64,000 bases of DNA from Alphaproteobacteria bacterium (GTDB taxonomy: Bacteria; Pseudomonadota; Alphaproteobacteria; Bin95), in the NCBI GenBank assembly GCA_964291285.2, contig OZ219787.1, forward strand, positions 32,001-96,000, given 5' to 3'. Made by a program: the position numbers and the translations under genes. This document shows, in pieces, positions 10,103-19,895 of this stretch (positions within the stretch are counted from its first letter, which is position 1; each line of letters begins with the position of its first letter). The notes beneath the pieces were generated by a model that searched no databases, was not told the origin of the DNA, and saw nothing but the letters and a program-made list of their open reading frames with translations.

Positions 10103-11457
10103 GCTTCGCCGCGCTCAGGGAGCGTTTCGGTACCCGGTTCAGCACCTCGGAGGCGGTGCGCGGCCACCATGGCAAGGACGCGACCTTCCATGCGCCGCAT
10201 CCGCCCGACGCCGTCGTCTTTCCGGAGACGGTGGAGGAGGTGCAGGCCATTGTCCGCGCCTGCCACGGGTCCGGCACGCCGGTCGTCCCCTTCGGCGCCG
10301 GCACCTCGCTGGAAGGCCATATCGGCGCGCTCGACGGCGGCGTCACCATCGACCTGACCGGTCTGGACCGCATCCGCGAGATCCATGACGAAGACATGAC
10401 CTGCTTCGTCGAGCCCGGCGTCACGCGCAAGCGGCTCAACGAGGAACTGCGCGCCACGGGGCTGTTCTTCCCGATCGACCCCGGCGCGGACGCCTCGCTC
10501 GGAGGCATGGTGGCGACCGGAGCCTCCGGCACCAATGCCGTACGCTACGGCACCATGCGCGAGAACGTGCTCAGCCTTGAGGTCGTATTGCCGGACGGGC
10601 GGCTGATCCGGACCGGCACGCGGGCGCGAAAGTCTTCCGCGGGCTACGACCTTACCCGCCTCTATATCGGTTCCGAGGGCACGCTCGGTATCGTCACGGG
10701 CATCCATCTCCGGCTCTACGGCATCCCGGAGAGCATTGCATCCGCCGTCTGCGCCTTCCCGTCCGTGGACGCCGCCGTGGACGCCGTCATCCTGACGATC
10801 CAGTCCGGGATTCCCGTCGCCCGGATCGAGTTGCTGGACGAGGTGCAGATGGACGCCTGCAATCGGTATTCCGGGCTGGACTACGCCGCCTCCCCGCACA
10901 TCTTCTTCGAATTCCACGGCACGCCGGCCGGCGTCGCCGAGCAGGCGGAGGCGACGGGCGCCATCGCGCAGGAATTCGGCGGGTCGGACTTCGCCTGGTC
11001 CACCACCACCGAGGAGCGCAACCGGCTCTGGCAGGCGCGCCACGACGCCTTCTTCGCCGCCATCGCGCTGCGTCCGGGTTCGGAGGGCTGGCCGACCGAC
11101 GTCTGCGTGCCGATCTCGCGGCTTGCCGAGTGCATCGCCGAGACGCGCGCCGACCTTGCCTCCGCGTCCTTCCCGACGCCCATCGTCGGGCATGTGGGCG
11201 ACGGCAATTTCCACGTCATCTTCGTCATAGACACGGAGGACGCCGATGAGGTCCGTATCGCGACCGAGCTGAACGACCGCCTGGTGCGCCGGGCGCTCGC
11301 CATGGGCGGCACCTGCACCGGCGAGCACGGCATCGGATACGGCAAGATGCATTTCCTGGAGGACGAGCACCCCTCGGCCCTGCCGGTGATGCGGGTCGTC
11401 AAGCGCGCGCTCGACCCGAAGAACATCATGAATCCGGGAAAGATCGTCCGTCTGTGA
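10099..11457 (+). CDS. FAD-linked oxidase, D-lactate dehydrogenase/GlcD family
   Basis: PFGAGTSLEGH, DPGADASLGGM, GHVGDGNFH, TGEHGIG, NPGK. Confidence 0.9.
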   Translation: MSFAALRERFGTRFSTSEAVRGHHGKDATFHAPHPPDAVVFPETVEEVQAIVRACHGSGTPVVPFGAGTSLEGHIGALDGGVTIDLTGLDRIREIHDEDMTCFVEPGVTRKRLNEELRATGLFFPIDPGADASLGGMVATGASGTNAVRYGTMRENVLSLEVVLPDGRLIRTGTRARKSSAGYDLTRLYIGSEGTLGIVTGIHLRLYGIPESIASAVCAFPSVDAAVDAVILTIQSGIPVARIELLDEVQMDACNRYSGLDYAASPHIFFEFHGTPAGVAEQAEATGAIAQEFGGSDFAWSTTTEERNRLWQARHDAFFAAIALRPGSEGWPTDVCVPISRLAECIAETRADLASASFPTPIVGHVGDGNFHVIFVIDTEDADEVRIATELNDRLVRRALAMGGTCTGEHGIGYGKMHFLEDEHPSALPVMRVVKRALDPKNIMNPGKIVRL

Positions 11458-12029
11458 CCCCGAGGCTGCTAGCATTCGCGGGTTCCGTGCGCCGGGACTC
11501 GTTCAATGCCCGGCTGGCCCGTTTCGCCGCGCGCGAGGCCGAAGCCGCCGGCGCGGAGGCGCTGCTTCTCGATCTCGCGGAATTCGACCTGCCGCTCTAC
11601 AACGGCGACCTCGAGGCGGGGGAGGGCCTGCCGGCCGGCGCGGTCCGGCTGAAGGAGTTGTTCCTTGCCCATGACGGCTTCCTGCTCGCCTCGCCGGAGT
11701 ATAACGGCTCGATCTCGCCGCTCCTCAAGAACGCCATCGACTGGGTGTCCCGCCCCGTGGCCGGGCAGCCGCCGCTGGTCTGGTATGCGGGCAAGGTCGC
11801 GGGCCTCATGGCGGCCTCGCCGGGGGCGCTGGGCGGCTTGCGCGGCCTCGTGCATGTCCGGCAGATCCTCTCCGGTATCGGCGTCATCGTCGCGCCTGCG
11901 CAGCATGCCGTCGCGCGGGCAGGCGACGCCTTCGACGACGAAGGCGGCCTTGCCGAAGAGCCCCACGGCGCGGCGGTCCGGCGCGTCGTGGGGGAGACCG
12001 TCCGGCTCGCCGCGAAGCTAGGCGCCTGA
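11454..12029 (+). CDS. NADPH-dependent FMN reductase
   Basis: GSVRRDSFN, SPEYNGS, LKNAIDWVSR. Confidence 0.9.
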   Translation: MTPRLLAFAGSVRRDSFNARLARFAAREAEAAGAEALLLDLAEFDLPLYNGDLEAGEGLPAGAVRLKELFLAHDGFLLASPEYNGSISPLLKNAIDWVSRPVAGQPPLVWYAGKVAGLMAASPGALGGLRGLVHVRQILSGIGVIVAPAQHAVARAGDAFDDEGGLAEEPHGAAVRRVVGETVRLAAKLGA

Positions 12030-12038
12030 CGGTCGCCG

Positions 12039-13841
12039 GTGGCCGGCCCGCCGATCTTCACCCTGCGCGAGGCCGAAATCGGTTTCGGCGGCGCAAGCCT
12101 GTTTTCCGACGCTGGCTTCGGCATTGCGCGCGGCGACCGCGCCTGCCTGATCGGCCGCAACGGATGCGGCAAGTCCACCCTGATGAAGGTCATCGCGGGC
12201 GAGCTGGAGCTCGATCTCGGCGAACGCTACGTCCAGCCCGGCATCCGCATCGCCTATCTGCACCAGGACCCGCCGGTCGATGCCGGGCTGAGTGTCGGCG
12301 ACTATGCGAGCCGTTCCCCGGATGACGGACCGCCCGCCCTCGACCATGCGGTCGCGGCGATGCTCGACCGGCTGGAACTCGACCCGAACCGGCACATGGC
12401 GACGCTCTCCGGCGGCGAGAGCCGGCGGGCGGAGCTGGCGCGCGTGCTGGCCGTGGCGCCCGACATCCTGCTGCTTGACGAACCGACGAACCATCTCGAC
12501 CTGCCCGCTATCGAGTGGCTGGAACGCCTCATTCGCGGCTATGAAGGCGCGGTCGTCACCGTCAGCCATGACCGGCGCTTCCTCGCGGACGTCACCGACC
12601 GCATCCTCTGGCTGGAGCGGGGCCGTCTGCGCCAGACCGCGCGCGGCTTCGCCGCTTTCGAGGAATGGTCGGAGGCGGTGATTGCGGAGGAACTCCGGCG
12701 GCAGGAGAAGCTCGACCGGCGTATCGCCGAGGAAACGCGCTGGCTGCATCGCGGCATCACCGCCCGCCGGCGGCGCAACCAGGGCCGCCTCGCCGCGCTG
12801 ACGGACATGCGCGAGCGCCGCGCCGCCATGCTCGGAGCCCCGCAGCGCGCCCGCATCGTGCTTGAGGAAAGCGAGATCAGGAGCCGCATGGCGATCGAGG
12901 CCAGCAATATCGCCAAGCAATATGGCGGCCGCACGATCGTCGAGGGTTTCAGCACCCGCATACTGCGCGGCGACCGGATCGGCATATTGGGGCCGAACGG
13001 GGCCGGAAAGACGACCTTGCTGCGCATGCTGATCGGGGAGCTCAGGCCCGATTCCGGCAAGGTCCGCCGGTCGGCCACGCTGCAATCCGCCTATTTCGAC
13101 CAGCGCCGCGCCTCGCTCGACCTCGATGCCACGCTCAAGCGCACGCTCTGCCCGGAGGGCGGCGACACCGTCTTCGTGCGCGGCCGGCCCCGCCATGTGG
13201 TTGGCTATCTGAAGGACTTCCTGTTCGATTTCGACCAGGTTGAAAGCCCGGTCGGGTCGCTGTCCGGCGGCGAACGCAACCGCCTGCTGCTCGCCCGCAC
13301 GCTCGCCCGGAAATGCGACCTGCTGGTGCTGGACGAGCCGACCAACGACCTCGACATGGACACGCTGGACCTCCTGGCGGACGTGCTGGGCGATTTCGAG
13401 GGCACGCTGATCCTGGTCAGCCACGACCGGGACTTCCTCGACAAGACCGTCGCGAGCGTCATCGCACTGGAGGGCGACGGCTCGGCGCACGAATTCGCCG
13501 GCGGCTACAGCGACTACCGCCGGAACAGACCGGCCGCTCAATCGCGGACGGACCCGAAACCGCGGCCGAAGGCGGTACCCGTCCGCCCGCGCGCACCGAC
13601 CTCCAAGCTCGGCTTCCGCCAGCAGCGGCGCTGGGACGAACTGCCCGGCGAAATCGAGCGCGCGCAAGGCCGGGCCGGGAAGCTGGAGCGCATGCTTGCC
13701 GACCCCGGCTTCTACGAGCGCGACCCCGAACGGTTCGCGCAGGCGGCGGAACTGCTGAGCGGTGCGCGGACCGAGATTGCAGCCCTTGAGGAGGAGTGGC
13801 TCGAACTCGCCCTCTTGCGCGAAGAGCTCGAAAAGGTCTGA
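12039..13841 (+). CDS. uup: ABC-F family ATPase, Uup-like
   Basis: Two ABC domains (GRNGCGKS, GPNGAGKT), TARRRRNQGR linker, C-terminal coiled coil ending LEEEWLEL. Confidence 0.8.
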   Translation: MAGPPIFTLREAEIGFGGASLFSDAGFGIARGDRACLIGRNGCGKSTLMKVIAGELELDLGERYVQPGIRIAYLHQDPPVDAGLSVGDYASRSPDDGPPALDHAVAAMLDRLELDPNRHMATLSGGESRRAELARVLAVAPDILLLDEPTNHLDLPAIEWLERLIRGYEGAVVTVSHDRRFLADVTDRILWLERGRLRQTARGFAAFEEWSEAVIAEELRRQEKLDRRIAEETRWLHRGITARRRRNQGRLAALTDMRERRAAMLGAPQRARIVLEESEIRSRMAIEASNIAKQYGGRTIVEGFSTRILRGDRIGILGPNGAGKTTLLRMLIGELRPDSGKVRRSATLQSAYFDQRRASLDLDATLKRTLCPEGGDTVFVRGRPRHVVGYLKDFLFDFDQVESPVGSLSGGERNRLLLARTLARKCDLLVLDEPTNDLDMDTLDLLADVLGDFEGTLILVSHDRDFLDKTVASVIALEGDGSAHEFAGGYSDYRRNRPAAQSRTDPKPRPKAVPVRPRAPTSKLGFRQQRRWDELPGEIERAQGRAGKLERMLADPGFYERDPERFAQAAELLSGARTEIAALEEEWLELALLREELEKV

Positions 13842-13853
13842 ATGGAGGCTCGG

Positions 13854-14249
13854 TCCAGAAGGCCGGACGGCCGCGCCGGGCACCCTGCCCGGTGAGGAAG
13901 GTCCGGGCTCCACGGAGGAACGGTGCCGGGTAACGCCCGGCGGGGGCGATCCCAGGGAAAGTGCCACAGAAAACAAACCGCCGGCCCTTCGGGTTCGCCC
14001 GCCGGCCGGCAAGGGTGAAACGGGGCGGTAAGAGCGCCCCGCGGCTCCGGCAACGGAGCCGGCAGGGCAAACCCCACCGGGAGCAAGACCGAATAGGAGC
14101 GGCAGGCCGGGGCAAACCGTCCCGGCCGGCGTCCTCCGCGTCGCCGCTCGGGTTGGTCGCACGAGGCGTCCGGCAACGGACGTCCCAGACGAATGGCCGT
14201 CGCCGCCCGGAAACGGGCGGTACAGAACCCGGCCTACAGGCCTTCTGGA
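13854..14249 (+). ncRNA. rnpB: RNase P RNA, class A
   Basis: GAGGAAGGTCCGGGCTC, AGTGCCACAGAAA, GGGTGAAACGG, GGTAAGAGC, AAACCCC..GAGCAAG, ACAGAACCCGGCCTAC; P1 tccagaaggcc/ggccttctgga. Confidence 0.97.
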
Positions 14250-14496
14250 TCGTCCTCCTGGGGACATTGACAAGGTTCCGCGCCGGGAACCGGCGGTCTG
14301 TCGGCGGGCTCCCGCAGGGGCGATCAGGCGCAGCTGCAGGGCCCACTCCAGGCCGGTCTCCGCCCCGGTCGTTCGCAAGGCATTGCAACCTCCTTGCCGA
14401 TCCGTGGTCCCGGACGCCTCCGTTGCCGGAGGAGCATCCGTCGCCCGCGCATGATGCGCGCCCGCCCGCGCGTGCGCGCCCGCATGCGCGGGCCGG

Positions 14497-14578
14497 TTCG
14501 GAGCGGTCCCCTTCGACAAGCTCAGGACAGGCTTTCGATACGCGCCCGCTGGCGCGGTCGCTACTCAGGATGAGGGGC
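14497..14578. repeat. REP-like repeat, same family as 256-390
   Basis: Near reverse complement of 256-312 with an inserted ccttcgacaagctcaggacagg unit. Confidence 0.75.
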
Positions 14579-14639
14579 GGGGATGGCGGCCCGGACAGAA
14601 CTCTCATCCCGGGTAGCGGCGCCAGCCGCGTATCGAGGG

Positions 14640-15059
14640 ATCCCCGCATGTCATGGAATGTCATGTTCCGTCATGCGATGTCATGATCTGCATGTGCGCG
14701 GCGCATATCCTGCGGCTCTTTCGGGCATGAAGCCGCCCTTTCCGGCAGGTTCCGGATACGCCGTCCGGGTTCTTCGACTTCGCGTCTTCTGCATGGGTCC
14801 GTCCTTTCGCTCCTGGTCCCTTCCATTTCCGTCGGCCCCGGCTGCAGCGGGACCCTAATTCGCGCCTAATGTGCGCAGGCGCCCGCGCCCGCCCGCGCGC
14901 CCTTCGCGGCGGCGCGAATCGCGCGCCTGATTGCGCCCGCGCGCGCGAGGCCCGAACGCAGGGCGCACGTCTCCCGTCAGCTTCCCGGGTGCTTTTTTCG
15001 CGCCGGCGCCGACGCGGAGGACAGGGCGGCCCCGCGAACGCCGCCTCCTTCCTCCTGCC
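14640..15059 (-). repeat. Dispersed ~420-nt element, copy 1
   Basis: Colinear blocks shared with 36320-36741 (cgcgcgcctgattgcgc, cgcagggcgcac, ttttttcgcgccggcgc, ccttcctcctgc). Confidence 0.8.
14681..14794 (-). CDS. Putative 37-aa micropeptide MQKTRSRRTRTAYPEPAGKGGFMPERAAGYAPRTCRS
   Basis: SD GAAAGGA; start, stop and frame conserved with 36390-36485. Confidence 0.5.
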   Translation of the reverse strand: MQKTRSRRTRTAYPEPAGKGGFMPERAAGYAPRTCRS

Positions 15060-15063
15060 CTAG

Positions 15064-17077
15064 CCCGACTTCCGCAACTCGGGGGTCATGAGGATGCTAA
15101 CTCATTGAATAGCCTTGATCGTCTCCCCGAGGGTCGGCACTACAAGGCGGCGAACGGAGAGGCGGCGCCGTGTGCCGTCAGGCGGAGATCCGGGGTGCGG
15201 GTTGCTGCGGCCAGGTCATGCCGAGCTGTTGCAGCAGTAGCTCGTGCTCCTTGTTCGGCCGGGTGTGGCGCGGCAGGACGAGGTGCCGGCCGTCGGTGGT
15301 TGGCAGATGGACGTCCACCATCTGGATGGTGGCGAAGGCCTCAAGGATGGCGCGTGGGGTGAGGCCCGGGGCGCGCGGCCGGGCGAGGTTCTTCAGGGTC
15401 ACCAGCAGGCAGTAGGCGATGAACGAGACGAAGATATGCGCCTCGATGCGCTCTTGGCGCTGATGGAAGATGGGGCGGATCGCGAGGTCGTGCTTGAGTT
15501 CCTTGAACGCCTGCTCGATCTCGACGAGCTGCATGTACAGATGCCACAGCGTGGCGGGGTCTTCGGCGACCATGTTGGATCGCAGCAGGTAACGGCCCTC
15601 GCGGCGGCGGACCTGGCGCAGCCGGTCGCGCTGCAGGCGGAATGAGAAGCCGTTGGCGGCGAGTTCGCTGTCGGTCCCGGGCACGGTGATGTCGACCAGG
15701 CTCCAGGCCCGGCCGGCCTCCTTCCTGGCGGCGCCGAGCTTGAGCAACAACTGATCCCGGCTGTTCGACTGCCCTTGCAACTCGGCCAATCGACGCCACA
15801 GCCTCTTCAGCCGGCGCCGGCGCATGCCGCGTTCCTTCACCTGCCGCCCCTCGCTGCGCACCAGGACGTAGAGCTCGCCATCCTCGACCAGAAGCTTGAC
15901 AGTCACGGACTGGCGCACCTCCTGCCAGGGCAGGCCCAGGAACACCTTCTCGAGCCGCGTCAGCCGGCCCTTGGGCGTGCCCACCAGGTAGCGCACCGGC
16001 GCCTCGCCCTCGCGCATCGCGGCCAGCGTCTCCTCGGTGGGGATGCCGCGGTCCATGATCCACACCCGCTCGGAGCGGCCATACTGATCCTCGATCTTCT
16101 TGAGGAACGCCGCCAGCGTGGTGTCGTCGGAGGTGTTGCCCGGCATCACCTCATAGGCCAGCGGAAAGCCCTGCGGCGTAACGATCAGGGCGATCACCAC
16201 CTGCACGCAGTCGGGCCGCTTGTCCCGGCTGTAGCCGAAGCGGCGCTTGTCATCGAACGGCGGATCGCTCTCGAAGTAGGTCGAGGTCAGGTCGTAGAGC
16301 AGCACGTCGAAGCGCGCCTCGAACAGCGTCGCCCAGCGGTCGCGCAGAAACGAGAAGAAGCCCTGCTTGTGCGCCAGCAGCTTGTCGAGACAGCGATAGA
16401 GTGTGTCGTCGGCGATCGCCCGCTCGCCACCCAGAAGATCGCGAAGCGCGCTGTGCTCATACCAGTGACGGTGAAGGCGCCACTCGCTGCCCGGGTCGAT
16501 CAGCCGGTAGCAGACCTGGATCTTCAGGATGTCCAGCCACCGCGTGCCTTGCCGGCTCGCCGGCAGCCGCTCTTCCCAGAAGCGGTCCAGGTCCAGGCGG
16601 TCCCACAAGGACAGCGCCAGCCAGCACGCCCCCCACTGGCGCGGGTCGTGAAGCGCCACCTGCGAGAGGTCGATCTTCACCACTTCGCAAGTCAGCGCCG
16701 GCGCCTCCCGGTCCTCGGGAAACAGCGCCATCTGCCGTGATCGCGACTTGCCCTCCACCACCTCGATCGAGCGGCACCACGCCGCTCGCTGGCTGTCGTT
16801 GATCTCCCCGAGATAGAGCACCTGACGCTGAACAACCCGACCGCCGTGGACCCGGACGTTCTCCACAACGCTCCAGTAGCGGTGCTCCTTGCCGTCCTTG
16901 AAGCGTCTCTTGCAGCGCACGAACATCAGCGCAGCGTCCGGATCTTCGCCAGCCCGATCAAGGGGGTAGGTCGGCACTACAAGCCGGTCCCGAGAGGTAC
17001 TGCACCGAAATCCGACACTTCTCGCGCCGGAAAACCGTCAAATCAGTCGATTCTCAAGCCGAGTTGCGGAAGTCGGG
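15064..17077 (-). mobile_element. IS1634-family element, copy 1 (2014 bp)
   Basis: TIR CCCGACTTCCGCAACTCGG; CTAG on both flanks. Confidence 0.9.
15178..16926 (-). CDS. IS1634-family DDE transposase
   Basis: YDLTSTYFE, GYSRDKRPD, MDRGI, IEQAFKELKHDL. Confidence 0.9.
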   Translation of the reverse strand: MFVRCKRRFKDGKEHRYWSVVENVRVHGGRVVQRQVLYLGEINDSQRAAWCRSIEVVEGKSRSRQMALFPEDREAPALTCEVVKIDLSQVALHDPRQWGACWLALSLWDRLDLDRFWEERLPASRQGTRWLDILKIQVCYRLIDPGSEWRLHRHWYEHSALRDLLGGERAIADDTLYRCLDKLLAHKQGFFSFLRDRWATLFEARFDVLLYDLTSTYFESDPPFDDKRRFGYSRDKRPDCVQVVIALIVTPQGFPLAYEVMPGNTSDDTTLAAFLKKIEDQYGRSERVWIMDRGIPTEETLAAMREGEAPVRYLVGTPKGRLTRLEKVFLGLPWQEVRQSVTVKLLVEDGELYVLVRSEGRQVKERGMRRRRLKRLWRRLAELQGQSNSRDQLLLKLGAARKEAGRAWSLVDITVPGTDSELAANGFSFRLQRDRLRQVRRREGRYLLRSNMVAEDPATLWHLYMQLVEIEQAFKELKHDLAIRPIFHQRQERIEAHIFVSFIAYCLLVTLKNLARPRAPGLTPRAILEAFATIQMVDVHLPTTDGRHLVLPRHTRPNKEHELLLQQLGMTWPQQPAPRISA

Positions 17078-18131
17078 CTAGCGCCCCGTAACTCTCGGGC
17101 GTACTGCCTGGCGCGGTCCCGGGTGACTCTGTCCCGGGGCCGCGCCTCTTTTGAGGCGTCGGGCATTTCTCTGCCGCGTCCTTTAACGGCCGGTTCGACA
17201 CCTCCGGCGCATGGGGCGAGTACAATGCGGCGGCGACAGGCGGGGAGTCCGCAACCCTCCAGGGCATCGCCATCCGGTTCGTTGTGCCGGCATCGGTGGG
17301 CTGCGGCAGCGCCGCCGGTCCACTGTCCGGCAGCGCATCGTGGGCCGGCGCGATGGCCGGTGTGCAGGTCGAGAATGCCGGCGGCGCCTTCGAGCGCGAT
17401 GGTATCGCGGGTGCATTCTCCCTGAAGCGCGATTGACCGGCCGCGGTAAAGCCGGCCGTCCCGTTCCGCGATATCGCCGCTGGCGGTGAGCCGGCGGTTC
17501 CCCGTTCCCCGGCGGCACCGGCCCTTTTCGTGATGATGCACATCGCCTCGGCACCGCCAGTGCCGGCTTGCATGACAGCGGGTTCTTCAAAGCGGCTGCA
17601 ACGAGGCCGACAACCAACGCGGCTGCACCGGACACGGGCAGCCGGTTCATCGGAAACGGCAGGAGGCCGGAAGGCCCGGCTTCGTAGTCGGAGCCCCTGT
17701 CGAACCGCACCGAACAGTGATGCGCCGGCAACGTGACCGGACGCAGCACATGAAGGTGTGCTTGCAGATACATTTATTATTTTGTATTTTTTCAAGTAAT
17801 GCAATTGGCTTTACCGATGAATTAGCAGAATGTCGTGCGCCGGATTCTGGGCCGGTGCGGCTTCCTGAGGACGGTGGCAGCCGGTGGCTGGCCGCCGGCG
17901 TCGTAAGCGGGGAAGATTTCTATGTTTGGACGCAGGCCGGGCATCGAGCCGCAGACAACGGGCACCGGCACGCCGTTCATCACCGCATGGCTCGCCATGG
18001 TGTGGCGCGAAGGAGAACACGATCCCCTGGAGGATCAGCAGACCGCCAGACGCCGATAGAACGCGCTCCCGGGCCTGTACGTCGTCCTTGAACTCCCGGT
18101 AAGGCGTTGCCAATAAAGGGCGTTCGGAGTC

Positions 18132-18395
18132 ATGCTGGCGGCTGAGCACACGCTCAGGCGGGTGCCCCAGCTTGAGGTCAACACCGTCGAATCGGGCTGT
18201 GGCGGCGCGACCGGTGCCTTCCGGTACGAGGCAGCGATGGCGATAGGTGGGCTAAATCTCCGGCCGGCAGTGCGCGCGGCGGACCGGAACGCGTCCGTCT
18301 TTCCGGACAGGACGAGCAACTGCCGCCGGATTGCCGACGGACCGGGCCGGCAGAAGTGGCACGCAGCAGACGTGCTGGAACAGGCGCTCCCATGA
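18132..18395 (+). pseudogene. Degraded C-terminal fragment of an FAD/Fe-S oxidoreductase
   Basis: VESGCGGATGAFRYE...LRPAVRAA...RIADGPGR..H resembles the eroded CCGMAGAFGYE...SCRxQIxDG terminus; Cys ligands lost. Confidence 0.5.
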
Positions 18396-18970
18396 ACAGG
18401 TCCCGCCTCTTCCTGGCCGCGGTGTTCCTGGTAGCGCTGTCGCTGACTCCTGCGGCTCACGGACAGTCCGGAGAGCCTTCGGCAATTCCCGACGAGGTGC
18501 GCGCCTACGCCCTTTGGCAACAAGGCTACATATTGCACCTCAACGGCCGATACCGGGCTGCGGTCGACAGCTTTCGCGAGTCCATCGAGATTCTGCCCAC
18601 GGCCGAGGGGCACACGTATCTCGGCTGGTCGCTCAGCATGCTCGGGCATATCGAGGAAGCTCTTGCCGAATGCAAGAAGGCCATCGCGCTCGATCCGGAC
18701 TATGGCAATCCTTACAACGATATCGGGGCCTATCTGATCGAACTCGGCCGCCCGCACGAGGCGATCCCTTGGCTCGAGAAGGCGATCTCCGCCAAGCGGT
18801 ACTGTTGCTATCAGTTCGCGCATTTCAATCTCGGTCGTGTGCATCTGGGGGAGGGGAATCTTGACGCGGCGAGGCGCTCCTTCGAGCAGGCCTTGCGGCA
18901 CGATCCCAAATATTTGCCCGCACGAAAGGCTCTCGATTATCTCGACGCCGAATTCGGAAAACCGCTGTAG
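18392..18970 (+). CDS. Secreted TPR protein
   Basis: Signal peptide; TPRs AEGHTYLGW, GNPYNDIGAYL, FAHFNLGRV. Confidence 0.85.
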   Translation: MNRSRLFLAAVFLVALSLTPAAHGQSGEPSAIPDEVRAYALWQQGYILHLNGRYRAAVDSFRESIEILPTAEGHTYLGWSLSMLGHIEEALAECKKAIALDPDYGNPYNDIGAYLIELGRPHEAIPWLEKAISAKRYCCYQFAHFNLGRVHLGEGNLDAARRSFEQALRHDPKYLPARKALDYLDAEFGKPL

Positions 18971-19054
18971 CCGAGCACCCCGTGGCGCCTGTCGACGGAC
19001 GCTCATTTGACGCGCCCGCCGGGAGGCGTCAGTCTCCCGTCCCTGAGGAATCCC

Positions 19055-19816
19055 ATGGCGGAACTCGACAAGAGAGTAGCTATCGTAACCGGCGGCGCCC
19101 GCGGCATCGGACGCGGCTGCGCGCATGCGCTGGCCGAGCGCGGCCTGGCCGTGGCGCTGGTGGATGTACTTACCGCCGAGATGGCAAGCACCGCAGCCGA
19201 AATCGGGGCTATCGGCGTCCCGTGCCTTACCTTCGAGGCCGATGTCGCCGACCATATCCGGGCGAAAGAGGTCGCCGGCGGGGTCCTCGACGAATGGGGC
19301 CGGATCGACGTTCTGGTCAACAATGCCGGGCGGCCGATGCCGACGGGCATACTGGACCTTTCCGAAGAGCAGTGGGACGCGACCATCGATGTCAACCTGA
19401 AGAGCTGCTTCAATTACATCCAGGCGGTGGCGCCCACCATGCTGGAGCGCGAATATGGGCGCATCGTCTCGATGTCCTCCCTCAACGCCCATTCCGGCGG
19501 CGTGACAGCCGCCGTTTCCAAGGTCGCGTATGCTGCCGCCAAGGCCGGCATCATCGGCATGACCCGGGCACTCGCCAAGGAACTGGGCCCCCATATCGCC
19601 ATCAATTGCGTCTGCCCCGGGCTGATAAAGACCGAACTGACACAGAAGAACCCGGTCATCGCCACCCGCGAGCCGGAGCTGATCCAGGGAATCGCGCTCC
19701 ACCGCACCGGCGGTCCGCGCGACGTGGCTGAACTCGTCGCCTTCCTGGCGACCGTGGAGCCCTGCTTCGTGACCGGCCAGGACATCACCATCGACGGCTT
19801 CCAATGGAACCGGTGA
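19055..19816 (+). CDS. SDR family oxidoreductase
   Basis: TGGARGIG, NNAG, YAAAK. Confidence 0.9.
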   Translation: MAELDKRVAIVTGGARGIGRGCAHALAERGLAVALVDVLTAEMASTAAEIGAIGVPCLTFEADVADHIRAKEVAGGVLDEWGRIDVLVNNAGRPMPTGILDLSEEQWDATIDVNLKSCFNYIQAVAPTMLEREYGRIVSMSSLNAHSGGVTAAVSKVAYAAAKAGIIGMTRALAKELGPHIAINCVCPGLIKTELTQKNPVIATREPELIQGIALHRTGGPRDVAELVAFLATVEPCFVTGQDITIDGFQWNR

Positions 19817-19895
19817 GGGCTGGGGGACGGCCCCGAAAAGGAAGGAGGCGGGCCTGCCCGCCGCAACGGAACCGCAACAGGGAGACACACGAACG

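Noticed and set aside
13459-14686. ORFs overlapping rnpB
   Set aside because: The region is explained by RNase P RNA and REP repeats.
14640-14700. CRISPR-like array from GTCATG repeats
   Set aside because: Units are 10 bp with no spacers, and no cas genes are present.
17082-18100. Possible genes between IS1634 and the TPR gene
   Set aside because: Only weak fragments (GDIAERDGRLYRGR resembles an AMP-binding motif); no intact frame can be supported.
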